Assembly (NCBI RefSeq): GCF_006345805.1
Contig: NC_043010.1
Location: 53,196,001 to 53,260,000, forward strand
Length of the DNA: 64,000 nucleotides
Direction: 5' to 3'
From: Octopus sinensis
Lineage: Eukaryota
Notes under the pieces: model-generated
What the model saw: the letters and a program-made list of their open reading frames with translations, nothing else
The model's database searches: none
Told to the model about the DNA's origin: nothing
Made by a program: the position numbers and the translations under genes
In this document: in pieces, positions 40,052 through 54,043 of the stretch
Numbering within the stretch: position 1 is the first letter of the stretch
How the letters are laid out: every line of letters begins with the position of its first letter

Positions 40052-40378
40052 AAGACCCCCTTCGGTCATGAATGACCATGGGATTGCTCCTACAGAGTTA
40101 CTCTGAGGCACAAGTCCGGGCAAGGTTGTTTATGGAAGACCAGCAGTCGCCCATGCATACCGGCCTCCCCTCTCCACGCCACCAGTGTTTTCCAAGGGAA
40201 AGGCAAAGGGGCCGATACAGCTTGGCACCTGTGACGTCGCAACTCATTTCTACAGCTGAGTGAACTGGAGCAACGTGAAATAAAGTGCCTTGCTCAAGAA
40301 CACAACACGCAGCCCGGTCCGGGATTCGAGCTCACAACCTCACGATCGTAAGCTCGACGCTCTAACCACTGAGCCATA
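40052..40378 (-). mobile_element. SINE family D (tRNA head, CORE-like body)
   Basis: Reverse complement TGGCTCAGTGGTTAGAGCG...TCGAATCCC then TTGAGCAAGGCACTTTATTTCAC. Related copies at 43650-43968 and partial ones at 33280-33480 and 29690-29890. Confidence 0.8.
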
Positions 40379-40412
40379 TATACAGTCATATATATATATG
40401 TATGTATGTATG

Positions 40413-40444
<32 letters not shown>

Positions 40445-41032
40445 AGTATACATACACCCGAATATGTTAATGTGTATACAAGCACTTGACATCAGGTTTG
40501 GTTTGTTTACGCCCTTTTGACTTAACAGTTGGGCAAACATCGATAATCTAGAACCTAGATTGAACATGAGTACTGGGATGGATGTGTTCGACAAAAGCCA
40601 TCAAGCTGTGTGCGCCAGCATGGTTGCAGTCCATTGACAAAAAAATGGGGTAAAAATTCAAGGATTCACACATATATACATATACATATACGCAGACATA
40701 CGCACATAAAAGCACACATACACACACAAACACTCTCACACATATATGTATATATATGTGGGTCTGTGTGCGCTTCTCTGTATGTTCATATATATAAACA
40801 TATAATGTATATATGTGTGTGTGTATGTATGTATGTATGTATGTATTAATGTATGTGCCTGTGCGTAGGTATAAGTGCATGTGTGTATGTGTTTTTAGGT
40901 TTGAGTTTAAACCTACGGCAGTGTTACTGCTTCCGGTTGCTTTAGTCACTACAAGTAAAATGTCATCGATGGAATAGGTGTCGTCTGCTTGCTTCATTCA
41001 TTAATAGTAATACGTTATATGCTATATTTAAC

Positions 41033-41092
<60 letters not shown>

Positions 41093-41135
41093 CATACATA
41101 CATATATATATATGACTGTATATATATATATAGTC

Positions 41136-41181
<46 letters not shown>

Positions 41182-41490
41182 CACACTGATTTCTTTAAGT
41201 TCCCGTCAACTAAATCCACTCACAAGGGTTTGGTCGCCCTGTAGTTATAGTATAAGACACTTGCCGAACATGCCACGCAGTGAGATTGATCCGGGACCAT
41301 CTGTTTGGGAAGCAATATTCTTACCACACACCCACGCCTATGAGTAAGGCGCTACTGGTGTATATTTTTCCTATTCTGATAGATGTAGGGTTCCCTTAGA
41401 CATGACAGAGTCTAAAAAGTCAAACTTTTTGTTAGGTCACATCATAACCTTCCTCATCGTCGTTATTATTGCGTGACATTGTACTTTTTG

Positions 41491-41712
41491 TGATGAGGTT
41501 GATCGTAGGTTAGTGAAATCGATTCTGAAATAGTGAGATTGATCTTGAATCAGTGAGTTTGATCCCGGATCAGTGAAATTGATCCTGACCATCGAGGTTG
41601 ATTCTCTATCATTGAGATTAATCTAGGGACAGTCAGATTGATCGTGGATCAATGAAGTTGATCCTGAGTCAGTGAGGTTAATCCTGAATTAGTTAGGTTG
41701 GTCCTAGTTCAG
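41491..41712 (+). repeat. 20-bp minisatellite, about 11 diverged units
   Basis: Consensus about CAGTGAGATTGATCCTGAAT with a strict 20-nt period. Confidence 0.88.
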
Positions 41713-41894
41713 ATAGATCAATGACGTTTTTTGGATTCTACGAGTTCGCGTTTCCTTCGTACGAAGAGGAATATATCATCCATGTAGTCATATAGTTTGT
41801 GCCTTACTTTTGAGTTAGCAGAGCGATGCTTCCATTTTTAAGTTTTTAACTCCACAGATTTTCTATTTAATTTAGTAAAATGTTTGCCAAATGT

Positions 41895-42214
41895 TGAGGC
41901 GCAATGGCCCAGTGGTTAGGGCAGCTGGCTCGCTGTCGGAGGATCGCGGTTTCGATTCCCAGACCGGGCGTTGTGTGTGTTTATTGAGCGAAAACACCTA
42001 AAGCTCCACGAGGCTCCGGCAGAGGGTGGTGGCGACCCTTGTTATACTCTTTTGCCCTAACTTTCTCTCACTCTTTCTTCCTGTTTCTTGAGTAACGCTG
42101 TGATGGAATAGCGTCCCGTCCAGCTGGAGGGAATAGATACGTCACAGAAACAGGGAAACCAGGCCCATGGGCCTGGCTAGGCTTGAAAAGGGCGCATAAA
42201 TAAAATAAATAAAA
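41895..42214 (+). mobile_element. SINE family C, full length with TSD
   Basis: TSD TTGCCAAATGT at 41884-41894 and 42215-42225; (TAAAA)n tail. Confidence 0.9.
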
Positions 42215-42703
42215 TTGCCAAATGTCCACCCTTTTCTTCTTTCACTGGATTTGTTTAGATAAAACCCACGCACAAATTATAAACTCCCACTCTAACATAC
42301 CCCTCATCCGATGAGGCTAATGTAAGTAAAACATCATCATTATTATTATTTTTATAGCTTATTATGATCATTATTACTATTATCATATTTTTCTCATTTT
42401 ATTATTATCATCAAGACTGTTTTCATCATCGTCATCATCATCATCATCATCATCATCATCTTCTTCTTCGTTGCCGTCGTCGTTGTCGTCGTTATCATCG
42501 TCACATGATCCTCATAATTATCATCTTCTTCGCTATCATTACTGCTGTTGTTGCTGGCCTTTAAACATTAAGAGGATGAATTGCAGAAATAATAGAGAAA
42601 AAGGAATGCAAGGAAGAAAGGCTGAAAGAAAATAGAGAGGGAAATACACACACACACACTCACACTCACAAATATACCCATACGCAAATACACATACACA
42701 CAC

Positions 42704-42781
<78 letters not shown>

Positions 42782-42847
42782 AAGAGGGAAAGAGGCGGAG
42801 GAAAGGCTATAAAGCATAGAGAATGAGAGAGGAGAGAGAAAGAGAGT

Positions 42848-42883
<36 letters not shown>

Positions 42884-43649
42884 CAAACAAAAGGAATCAG
42901 TGAGAGAGTGATATAGAGAACTTGGAGTAAATAAAGAAAGGAAATTTGATTCAGAAGATACACAATAAACTGAAGAAAACCGTACGGAACCAGACAGTTT
43001 TTTTTTCTTTTCTTTTCAAAGAGATATGAAGAATACTATAGTAAAGGTCATGAGGTCGCAAGGTCATTGGGTGTAACAAGCTTTGTTTTTCTTTCTCAGC
43101 AAGAGGGAAGGTAGTATCCATTTCCCTTTATAGGACTTCTGATTTTTTGTGGTGCATAGGGTAGTAGGTGAAATCAAAAAGTATGCCAGGTTCAATCATT
43201 TGCTACATAGTGGATTCTGCTAAAGGATTTCAATGTTTTTCTGGGGTTAAGTCCCATTTGTACGCACAGTGTGATCAGAAATGAAAAGAGTTAAAGGAAA
43301 TATCTCATGCTCGTGGCATGAATCTGGGTAATTAATTTGACAGTGGATATGATTACTCTTTGAATCGAACCTCCAATCTCTGGCATGGTAAAGATCTTTC
43401 AGATGCGGTATTCTTCACTGGTGAATTTCCAGATGCCAAACATGTTGGTGACAATTATTTTAATTGAGGTTGGGGTGAGATCAGAACCCTGACAATTTTA
43501 CTTAACACATGACCAACACCACCATCTTGTTATCTCATTCCACCATTATTATATCCACTATCTTCATCCCTTCTACGGCCACAACTATCACCAATGGCAA
43601 CAACGTCACCGTCATACCCATGCAGTCACTACCTCCAATACCACAATAG

Positions 43650-43968
43650 TGGTACTCCGTCGGTTACGACGACGAGGGTTCCAGTCGATCCAACCAACGG
43701 AACAACATGTTAGTGAAATTAACGTGCAAGTGGCTGAGTACTCCATAGACACGCGTACCCTTAACGTAGTTCTCAGAAAGATTCAACGTGACACAAAATG
43801 TGACAAGGCTGCTCCTTTTTGAAAAACAAGTACTGTTCCTTTTTGCCAGCTGAGTGGACAGGAGAAACGTGAAATAAAGTGTCTTGCTCAATAACACAAT
43901 GCACTACCGAGAATCGAACTCTTAACATTAGGATCATCAGCCGAGTACTTTAATCACTAAGTCACGCC
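43650..43968 (-). mobile_element. SINE family D-related copy
   Basis: Shares CAGCTGAGTG.AC.GGAG.AACGTGAAATAAAGTG.CTTGCTCAA with 40052-40378. Confidence 0.72.
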
Positions 43969-44294
43969 CCACAATCTCGGCACAATTACCGCCTCCTTCC
44001 TCATACCGCTACCAGAACCAACACTACTACCACCAACAATATCACCGCAACCAAACATCGAAGGAAACCGCTAAGCATTGCTCGTCTTGCTAGAAATAGC
44101 AGACAATAACTTTCAGATCACCCCCTAAGCTCTTAAGTAAGGAGGATATATTGAAATGTAGCCCCTGATATAAAGACATGATGGTCGCAGCTAGAACGCC
44201 CTTAAATGGTAGATCTGTTCGATCAGGCTTGACCTTGGACTAATCATAAGTATTCATATTATTCGTTAATGAGAATAATAATTTCTCTTATATG

Positions 44295-45056
44295 CACAAG
44301 GCCTGAAAGTTTGAGCAATGTGGTAGTCGATTGCATCGAACCCAGTACTTAACTGGTACTTATTTTATCGACCTCAAAATGATGAAAGGCAAAGTCGACA
44401 CCAGCAGAATTTGAACTCAGAGCGTAAGTACCAACAAGATGCTTCTAAGCATTTTGTCTGGCACGCTAACGATTCTGCCAGCTCGCCGCCAAAATAAATG
44501 AGAATACTATGAAGTATAAAACTTAATTATGAACAATATTCTCCTAATTATTTTATTAAATCTCTTTTGTCGAAACGCTAGGTTAGCGGGATATTGGAAA
44601 ACCAAATGGTAGGTGGGAAAAACGCAGATACACACACACACACCACACACACACACACACAAATATACGGGCCTCCCCACAATTTGCGTCTACCAAACTC
44701 TCACGAGGCATTTATCGGACTCGGAACTATAGTAAAAGACATTTGCCTAAGGTGCCGCGCTGTGGGACTGAACCCAAACCATGTAGTTTCAAAGAGGGCT
44801 TCTTAACCATACAGCAATGCCTGCGTCTGATATTGTACTCTTTTACACTTTTACTGTTTTATTTGTTTCAGCCATGTGACTGTGGCCACGTTGGGGCATC
44901 ACCTTTAGTCGAGCAAATCGACCCCAGTACATATTCTTTATAAGCCTAATACTTATTCTATCGAACTCTTTTGCCGAACCGCTAAGTTACGGGGACGTAA
45001 ACACACCACTATCGGTTGTCAAGCGATATTAAGGGGACAAAATACAGACACGCAAG

Positions 45057-45102
<46 letters not shown>

Positions 45103-45107
45103 TACAG

Positions 45108-45146
<39 letters not shown>

Positions 45147-45320
45147 CATATATATACGACGGGCTTCTTTCAGTTTCCATCTACCGAATCCAGTCATAAG
45201 GCTTTGGTCGGCTCGAGGATATAGTAGAAGACACTTGTCCAAGTTGCCACGCAGTGGGACTGAACCCGGAACTATGTGGTTGGTAAGCATGCTACTTACC
45301 AAACAGCCACTTTTACGCCT
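44295..45320 (-). mobile_element. SINE cluster: family B (44295-44490) and family A (44560-44825, 44835-45320)
   Basis: Similarity to the other copies in the window. Confidence 0.8.
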
Positions 45321-45797
45321 GTACATTAGCGATATAAAATACATTGCTTCACTTAACTTTCGTACATATTGTATATTATTCGCATTTTTCCTTCAAACAC
45401 TTACAGTGAAAGATGCATAAGAGAAAGATATAGACTTACTCTATCATAATAATATAAATCATATTCCAACATCGACTGAAGCGAACACTACTTTGGGTGG
45501 GGCAAGATGGGTAGACAATTCTATAAGACGATACTCTAGGCTGTTGATACTTCGCGGGATATAATACGTGGAATGAATGCCATACGCAACCAATATTCGC
45601 AGTTAATTGTTATTTCCTCTCTTAGTCGCGGAAAGAAGACAAAATCTTGGCGGTAATATTAATAGCGCTGGAATAAGCAGGGGAGATAATTACAGGGAAT
45701 TATAAATCAATATAACAAGTTAGTTTATATACTACTCAAAAAGATCCTCTGATCTTTTCGACTCACACTTTGGTTAGGTTTCTGGTTTGAGTGTATC

Positions 45798-46133
45798 CTT
45801 ATGAGAGCTCAAAATCTCTCGTGGAAGCGCCATCCAACCAAAATGCAAATATATGGGAAACTACCACCTGTGTCATCTCTTGTGAAAAGTAGGAGAGTCC
45901 AGTTTGCTGGACATTGTTGTAGAGCTGAAAAAGAAGTAATTTCTACTCTTCTCCTCTGGAAGCCATCTACTCGCAATACCAGAGGGCGCACACTCTCCTA
46001 CCCTGATGTAATCTCCAGGGATACAGACATCCAGCAACAGGACCTCCGTATTGCCATGATGGACCGTGAAGTCTGGCGTAGCATGGTAAATACCATTGTC
46101 TCGACCACGGTCGAACAATGATGATGATGATGA
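45798..46133 (+). mobile_element. RTE-clade LINE, 5'-truncated 3' end
   Basis: Open frame ..RRVQFAGHCCR..LLLWKP..RGR..DREVWR; (TGA)n tail; possible TSD TGTATC (45792-45797, 46134-46139). Confidence 0.85.
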
Positions 46134-46807
46134 TGTATCGTCTCTCTCTCAAAACAGTCCCGAGGTCCTTGTAAAATCCTTTTGTAAGGGACAGTTATGG
46201 GCCTGTTTCTCCCCCATTATACCTCATATACTTAGTATACTTTATTTACCTTATTTTTCCCAGATTCTTTAATCCTGGCTGCTAGCTTACCCACATCGAT
46301 TCTCCCACTTAGCTTCTATTCTATGTGTATTTATCTCATCATGCAAATGTTCTTTTCGTGTACCGCACAATTTACCCAGCTTCTCTCTGCTTTATTCATT
46401 TAATCTTACCCTCACCCTCCGTTTCAACTGGCACAAAATCTTAGCGGCAATTTCCTAAAAGTGTTCAAAGAAACACGAAAGTTTATTACAAGCTTATCAC
46501 ATCGTTACTCATTTGACGTTACTATCTTCCTCTCATTTCAACTGGCTCAAAATCATAAGACATAAACTTTCACGATTCCTGCCTTTTCCCATTTTCTCTT
46601 ATATAGTTCAAAATTTACAATATTCATCCTCACCTTCAAAACTACTGGCACACTGCCCACACTCCTCAATCTATCTCTCACATTGCTCGAATCAATTTTC
46701 TCACTCCTTACGCTGTTCTTTTCCCATCTCATCTCTACATAATCTACTCCACCACATCACTTGCTCACCACCCCTCTTTCTCCCTCTCATCAATAATTCC
46801 GAATATA

Positions 46808-47042
46808 CGTATTTCTTTACTACCCACAAGGGACTAAACACAGATGGGACAAACAAGGACAGACAAAGGGATTAAGTCGATTACATCAACCCCAGTGCGT
46901 AACTGGTACTTAATTTATCGACCCCGGAAGGATGAAAGGCAAAGTCAACCTCGGCGGAATTTGAACTCGGAACGTAACGACAGACGAAATACGGCTACGC
47001 ATTTCGCCCGGCGTGCTAACGTTTCTGCCAGCTCGCCGCCAT
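46808..47042 (-). mobile_element. SINE family B, full length with TSD
   Basis: TSD ATAATTCCGAATATA at 46793-46807 and 47043-47057. Confidence 0.9.
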
Positions 47043-47305
47043 ATAATTCCGAATATATGGTATTAGGTTGTATATTATTTCTTCCTAAAAAGGGCTTGAA
47101 TCCGAAACGTTGCATCATTCACCCCACATAGGAAAACAACTCAGTGCGATTCATTTTTCTGTATGAATTATGTTATGAACCATACGTTACTTATGCAGAG
47201 CGCGCCATCGTTGTACATAAATTCCTCTTCCTCAAATAACATTATTTATTGTTCATTATGTATATTATTTATATTTGACGGATATTAGTCTTCATCCTGC
47301 TTGTT

Positions 47306-47351
47306 AACACAACGTTTCGGCTTATATACCCTCCACCCTTCATCAGGTATC
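47306..47351 (-). ncRNA. Minimal hammerhead ribozyme motif
   Basis: Reverse complement: GATAC-CTGATGA-A-GG(G)T..A(G)CC-GAAA-CGT-T-GTGTT, with palindromic stem III ACGT. Confidence 0.65.
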
Positions 47352-47427
47352 TTGGGGAAAATTCGAACCTGGGTTCTTCTTCCTAAGGTATTTTTCCATG
47401 TTGCTGTTGCTGTTGTTGATGTTGTTG

Positions 47428-47483
<56 letters not shown>

Positions 47484-47964
47484 TTCGTGTACCTTTGTCT
47501 GAAATGTTTCGTCACACATCCTGTGACCTCTCCAACGATTCTCCATTCCTTGTGTCTCTTCTTGTTCTGTTTATTTTTGATTATAAATCCCTTCAAACTG
47601 CGAAATAATCCCTTGACAGTTAACATCTAATTACAGTACTGTGCTATGGCTTCTACGGCTACGTATTTCTATTCTAAATATAAATCTTGTTATCGGTGAC
47701 TTAATCCCTTCACGGTGCGCAGATGCAGCCAGCTCAGTAGAATCAATACTGTTCATAACGAACTAGTTTAACTAGTTTCTGGATAATGCTATCAAGGAAA
47801 GAGCTTGTTGCCACAAAACCTACTGAAGCAGATAAACGCTATGGAAGGCATTCCTGATTATAAGCATGGCACCGAGGTTAAAACGTTTGCCTCGCGATCA
47901 TGTGAGTTTGTGGGTTTGAGCACCCCACCCCAGCAACTAGAACGGAATCTGTGCAACATTTTGA

Positions 47965-48003
<39 letters not shown>

Positions 48004-48029
48004 ATATTTTTCTTTTTTTCTTCTTTTTC

Positions 48030-48408
48030 CTTGTTTCAGTCAATTTGACTGCGGCCATGCCGGAGCACCGCCTTTTTTAATCGAGCAACTCGACCCCGGG
48101 ACTTATTCTTTTGTAAGCCCAGTACTTATTCTATATCGGTCTCTTTTGCCGAACCACTAAATAACGGGGACATAAACACACCAGCATCGGTTGTCAAGCA
48201 ATGCTAGGGGGACAAACACAGACACACACATATATATATATATATATACACATATACGACAGGCTTCTTTCAGTTTCCGTCTACCAAATCCACTCACAAG
48301 GCATTGGTCGACCCGGGGCTATAGCAGAAGACACTTGCCCAAGATGCCACGCAGTGGGACTGAACCCGGAACCATGTGGTTGGTAAGCAAGCTACTTACC
48401 ACACACAC

Positions 48409-48462
<54 letters not shown>

Positions 48463-48860
48463 GCACACGCGCGCGTGTATGTGTGTAGGCTTGACTCTGT
48501 GGTAAGAAGCTTGCTTCCTAATCACATGCTTCCGAGTTCAGTCCGGCTGCGTGGAAGTTTCACAAGTGTCCTCTACTATCGCCTCGGGCTGGCCAAAGCC
48601 TTCTGCGTGGATTTGGTAGACGGAAACTGAAAGAAACCCGTCGTGTGTGTGGTGTGTGTGTGTGTTTATGTTTGTCCCTCCACCATCGACTGACAACCGA
48701 TGTTGGTGTACTTACGTCCCCGTAACTTAGCTGTTCAGCATAAGTGACCGACAGAATAAGTACTAGGCTTACAAAGAATAAGTCCTAGGGTCAATTTACT
48801 CGACTAAATGCGCTGTTCCAGCATGGCCGCAAGCAAATGACTGAAACACGCAAAAGAATA
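48030..48860. mobile_element. Two SINE family A copies head-to-head (48030-48400 minus, 48495-48860 plus)
   Basis: Inverted pair separated by about 90 bp of (TA)n-rich sequence. Confidence 0.85.
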
Positions 48861-49449
48861 TGAAAAAGGACTAACCAAAATAGTTAAAAGTTAATAGTTA
48901 TTATTATTATTATTATTATTATCATTATTATTCAGGTTACTGCCTGGGATCGAACTCTTAACCACTATGATTCCGGGCTGTGACCTGAATAATAACAATA
49001 ACTTCATAGAGGCGAACAAGTCAGGCATATGAAGATAAAGCTTGTATGACAGACTATTCAGCCCAGTCGAGTTTTTCCATGTGTAGCCAGCCAGCTAGCT
49101 TCCCGTATTTCGTCAGATGTAATCAGTTTTTCGTAGAACTCCTATCCGGGGACCGATGAAAACCGTCAAAGTAGTAGGTGGTAAAGTCTATCTCCGTCCC
49201 CAGTCCAACGTCTAAACCCAAACAGTTGAACGAAGTACCACTGAATATCCATATACATCTGTTGCACGAATCCCGCCCGATCCGTCAAAGACCTAACTGT
49301 GGCTTTGTTGCCATGTTGCTAATCGGGACCATCGAACTGGGTCCATCGAACAGCTTTCGTTTCCTCATGCCTTAAAGCACGCGCTCTAGTTCTAACAACA
49401 CAACTTCCGGACTTCCTATTGAATAATCTATCAGGAATTAATTCCACAG

Positions 49450-49990
49450 TTAGCAGCCCGGGAGAAATGCTTAGCGGTATTTCGTCTGCCGCTACGTTCT
49501 GAGTTCAAATTCCGCCGCGGTCGACTGTACCTCTCATCCTTTCGGTGTCGATTAAATAAGTACCAGTTACCCACTGGGGTCGATGTAATCGACTTAATCC
49601 GTCTGTCTGTCCTTGTTTGTTCTCTCTGTGTTTAGCCCCTGGTGGGTAGTAAAGAAATAGGTATTTTGTCTGCCGTTACGTTCTGAGTTCAAATTCCGCC
49701 GATGACGACTTTGCCTTTCATCCTTTCGGGGTCGATAAATTAAGTACCAGTTACACACTGGGGTCGATATAATCGACTTAACCCGTTTATCTGTCCTTGT
49801 TTGTCCTCTCTGTGTTTAGCCCCTTGTGAGTAGTAAAGGAATAGGTATTTCGTCTGTCTTTACGTTCTGAGTTCAAATTCGACCAAGGTCGACTTTGCCT
49901 TTCATCCTTTCGTAAGTACTAGTTGCGCACTGGGGTCGATCTAATTGACTGTCTCCCACCCCCAAAATTTCGAGCCTTGTGCCTGGAACA
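49450..49990 (+). mobile_element. Head-to-tail trimer of SINE family B
   Basis: Units of about 185 bp, each restarting at GGTATTTCGTCTG (about 49476, 49660, 49844). Confidence 0.88.
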
Positions 49991-50580
49991 GAACAGGATA
50001 TATCATCCAAGACATATTTCAACGCATGAAATGAACCTACTCCCGAATGTATCCTAGTATCCTGAAAGGACTCGACACATGGAAGGATTCAACGCGAAAT
50101 GGTCAAAAGTACGATTGGAAAACAGAACGTTCGGTTTCAAAAAAGAAGGTTTCATTTTTTTTTCCGGGGCTCCATTAATACTAGCAATCAAACAATACAC
50201 AACCAGACAAAAGGAATTGATAACACGTGAGAAAAAAAAAAATACCGCGTACATGTAGAAAAATCAGAAATACATAAAAACCTCATAAAAAAAAAGTAAT
50301 CAAAAATATTATTATAAAGCCACAAAAATAATTTCGAATTGATTTTAAAATGTGGAGCTTAAGAAATAGACCTTCCCATATTGTATAGACAGTCAGTGAT
50401 ATGAGTTCGATTTGACCGATATACGTGTTTGGGAAATGTGTGTAGTATATTCAGCGTGTATTTTGGAGATGTATGAATAAATGTATGCATTTATATATGT
50501 ACCGAGCACCACCTTTGATTGTATTGTTTGCACTGGAGAATGAATGGATGAAGCTACACACGCAAACACACACATACATG

Positions 50581-50632
<52 letters not shown>

Positions 50633-50681
50633 ATATATATATTATGTATATTATGTTCAAATGCACATGTATATCTATATA

Positions 50682-50815
<134 letters not shown>

Positions 50816-50976
50816 ATATGTGTGTTTGTACGCAGGTTTGCTTATAAATATATGCGCATAGCCATGGTATACGCATATAAATGAACATACACGAACAAAC
50901 ACACGTTTGTCCCTATGCATGTATTCACAAACATACACACATATATATGCATATATATACTTTTATACATATCTAC

Positions 50977-51017
<41 letters not shown>

Positions 51018-51653
51018 GACATAAGTATATACACGCATATATAAACTAATAACTACAAGCTTTAAAATGCCTATATATAAATATATATATATATATATTC
51101 ATACACATTTATGAGGATACATATATGAAAACATATATATGTATGCATTGCGTAAATGTATGTATATATATCAACGTATGCATACATACATTTAGTCTAT
51201 ATTTACGTAGCAGAATTTTTTCCCCCTCTTTACAACAGCTAGAATTCTCCATGTGCAAATCGGGTTGTATACAATAGGAACCAATATTCTCCATTGTAGC
51301 AATGTGTGCGGATCTATGTGTACATTCACACATAAACATACAAAAGCACACGGGCACAGACACATGGACATACACACATACACACACACAGACATATACG
51401 CGCACATACATAGACATGTGATTGCGCCATTGTGTTTGCAAATGTAAAGTAAAATAAACACGCATGCGCGCACACGAACACACACAGACACACGCGGACA
51501 CACGCACATACATATATATATATACATATACAATACACACACACACACATACACACACACATTAATACACTATTATGTATATTTATGTACGAATGCACAT
51601 ATATACATAAATTATACCTGATACACAATATAATATAATATAATATAATTATG

Positions 51654-51691
<38 letters not shown>

Positions 51692-52252
51692 CACACACAT
51701 ACAGAAAGGTAGAAAAATAGTTAGATAGACAGATAGATGGATGGATGAATGGATAGTTAGATAGTTAGATAGATCGATAGATAGATAGATATACACACAC
51801 ACACAAGGTATATATATATATATATATATATTACAAACAGACACATACATACAAAGAATGATATAATACTTATTAATGCCTACATTTATATATGCACGTA
51901 TAAATATGCATATATATGTATAAACATATTAATATACTAAACATACATACATACATAAGATTCAGACACTCACGCACGCTCAGACTCTCACACGCCCACA
52001 TACAGTACTAACGCACAGAAATACACATACACACACACGTATATGCACCCATGACTACACGAACAGCATCTACTCTTCCCGCTACCCTACTTCAATTCAC
52101 TTACACACCCACGGTCTCTGCTGATCGAGCCATGAATGGCTTCATTAAACTTATTCCCTTATAACGGCTTGCCTCCATTTTTTTTACTTTCTTCCCTACT
52201 ATCAGTATTTCGTTATTATACTTTTTACTTTATGTCTTCAATATATGATACA

Positions 52253-52292
<40 letters not shown>

Positions 52293-52417
52293 ATATATAT
52301 ATATATTATATATATTATATTTTATTATACATATATATATGTATATATAGATAATATATATATATAATATATATATATATATGTATATATATATATTTAT
52401 ATATATATATATATGTG

Positions 52418-52494
<77 letters not shown>

Positions 52495-52742
52495 CTATAT
52501 ATATATACGAATAGATAAATAAATTATATACCTATATATCGACATATACAGATACAAGCATACAGATGTCTCTATATATATATATATATACGCACCTGTG
52601 TCTGTAGATTTTATATATACACATCCGTAAACATACGCTATTATACGTATGTGTACATATACATAAAAATAGTACGTTTTTGTAAAATGTATATACTGCT
52701 ATACTCTATATCAATATCTATTCATACAGACACATTCATATA

Positions 52743-52797
<55 letters not shown>

Positions 52798-53196
52798 ATT
52801 ATATAATTATATGGTGTATATGTATGTATGTATGTATGTAGTATGTAGTTATGTATGTATACAGCTTTATATACTTTGCGTTTTCATTTTTTTTTTTTTT
52901 GCTTTTGCTTTTGCATAATTCTCTCCCGTCTTCTACGCATTGCCGCCATATTAAATGACCAGAAGGCTGACATATTGGAAGATATGTGGGAGATTAAATG
53001 CAATGCAGATATTATTGGCGGGAAGGTATAGTGTAAGATCGAAAGTGTTCGAGATAATGATATATGCACACACACACACACACATGTATATATACACACA
53101 CATACATTTATATATATATATGCATATATAAATATAGAGGAGAGGGAAAGGACAGAAGAAAATAGAGAACGAGCAGAGAAAATCAAATCACTGAAC

Positions 53197-53246
<50 letters not shown>

Positions 53247-53439
53247 TATAGAGGAGGAAGTAAAAGCATGCAAATACATTGAAAGATAAAAGAATGAAAT
53301 TGAGAAAAAAATAAACAACGAAAATCTAAAAAGAAGGAAAAATCAATGAATGAAATACAGAAATATATGTATATATATATAAGTGAAAGAAAATGCAGAA
53401 TAGACAGAAAGGAATGAAGATTAATCGTTTCTACTCTAG

Positions 53440-53640
53440 GCATATGGCTTGTATTTTTGTGGGGAGGAGCAGGCGATCACACCGGCCCCTGTGTTTCGCT
53501 AGTACTTGATTTATTGAGCCCGAAAGGATGAAAGGTAACACCGACGTTGGTGGAATTTGAACTGGGATTGTAACGACGGGCGAAATACTAGCAAGCATTT
53601 CGGCCAACGTGCTAACGATTCTGCCAGCTCGACGCCTTTG
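53440..53640 (-). mobile_element. SINE family B, diverged
   Basis: CCCGAAAGGATGAAAGG...GCTAACGATTCTGCCAGCTCG. Confidence 0.75.
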
Positions 53641-54043
53641 AAAATGAAGAATAATGGCAGAGTCAACGAACGAATGAAAATAAAAATAAAAAAAAACGAA
53701 GGGTAAGTATTGAAGAAAAATGTGGAAAATGAGATATCGATGGAACGAAAAATGAAAGAGCAATAAAAGAGAATGATTGAACAAAATGGAAAAGGATGAA
53801 TCGAGAACAAATGCAGGTTGTGAAAATAGAATGAGATGAAGGAATATATTTAAAAGACAGATCTGAGTAAAATATGGTAAAGGAGAAAGAAACGTAAAGC
53901 GTAGGAAAGGGTAAAAGACTGAAAGAATGAATTCGGGAATGGAATATTGAAATAAAATGGAATTAAAGAAAGAGAAACAGGCAAAAAGTAAGTCAGAGGT
54001 TAAATAAGGGGAAGAAAGAAAGAAAGAAAGAGCCTTTCGGTCT

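Noticed and set aside
40300-40378. tRNA gene-like sequences here and at 18570, 41900 and 14100
   Set aside because: They continue into multi-copy SINE bodies with tails and TSDs, so they are SINE heads.
41491-41712. CRISPR-like periodicity
   Set aside because: Units are contiguous with no unique spacers, the context is eukaryotic, and there are no cas genes.
49000-49420. GC-richer unique segment, possible exon
   Set aside because: No long open frame, splice pattern or motif that I can support.
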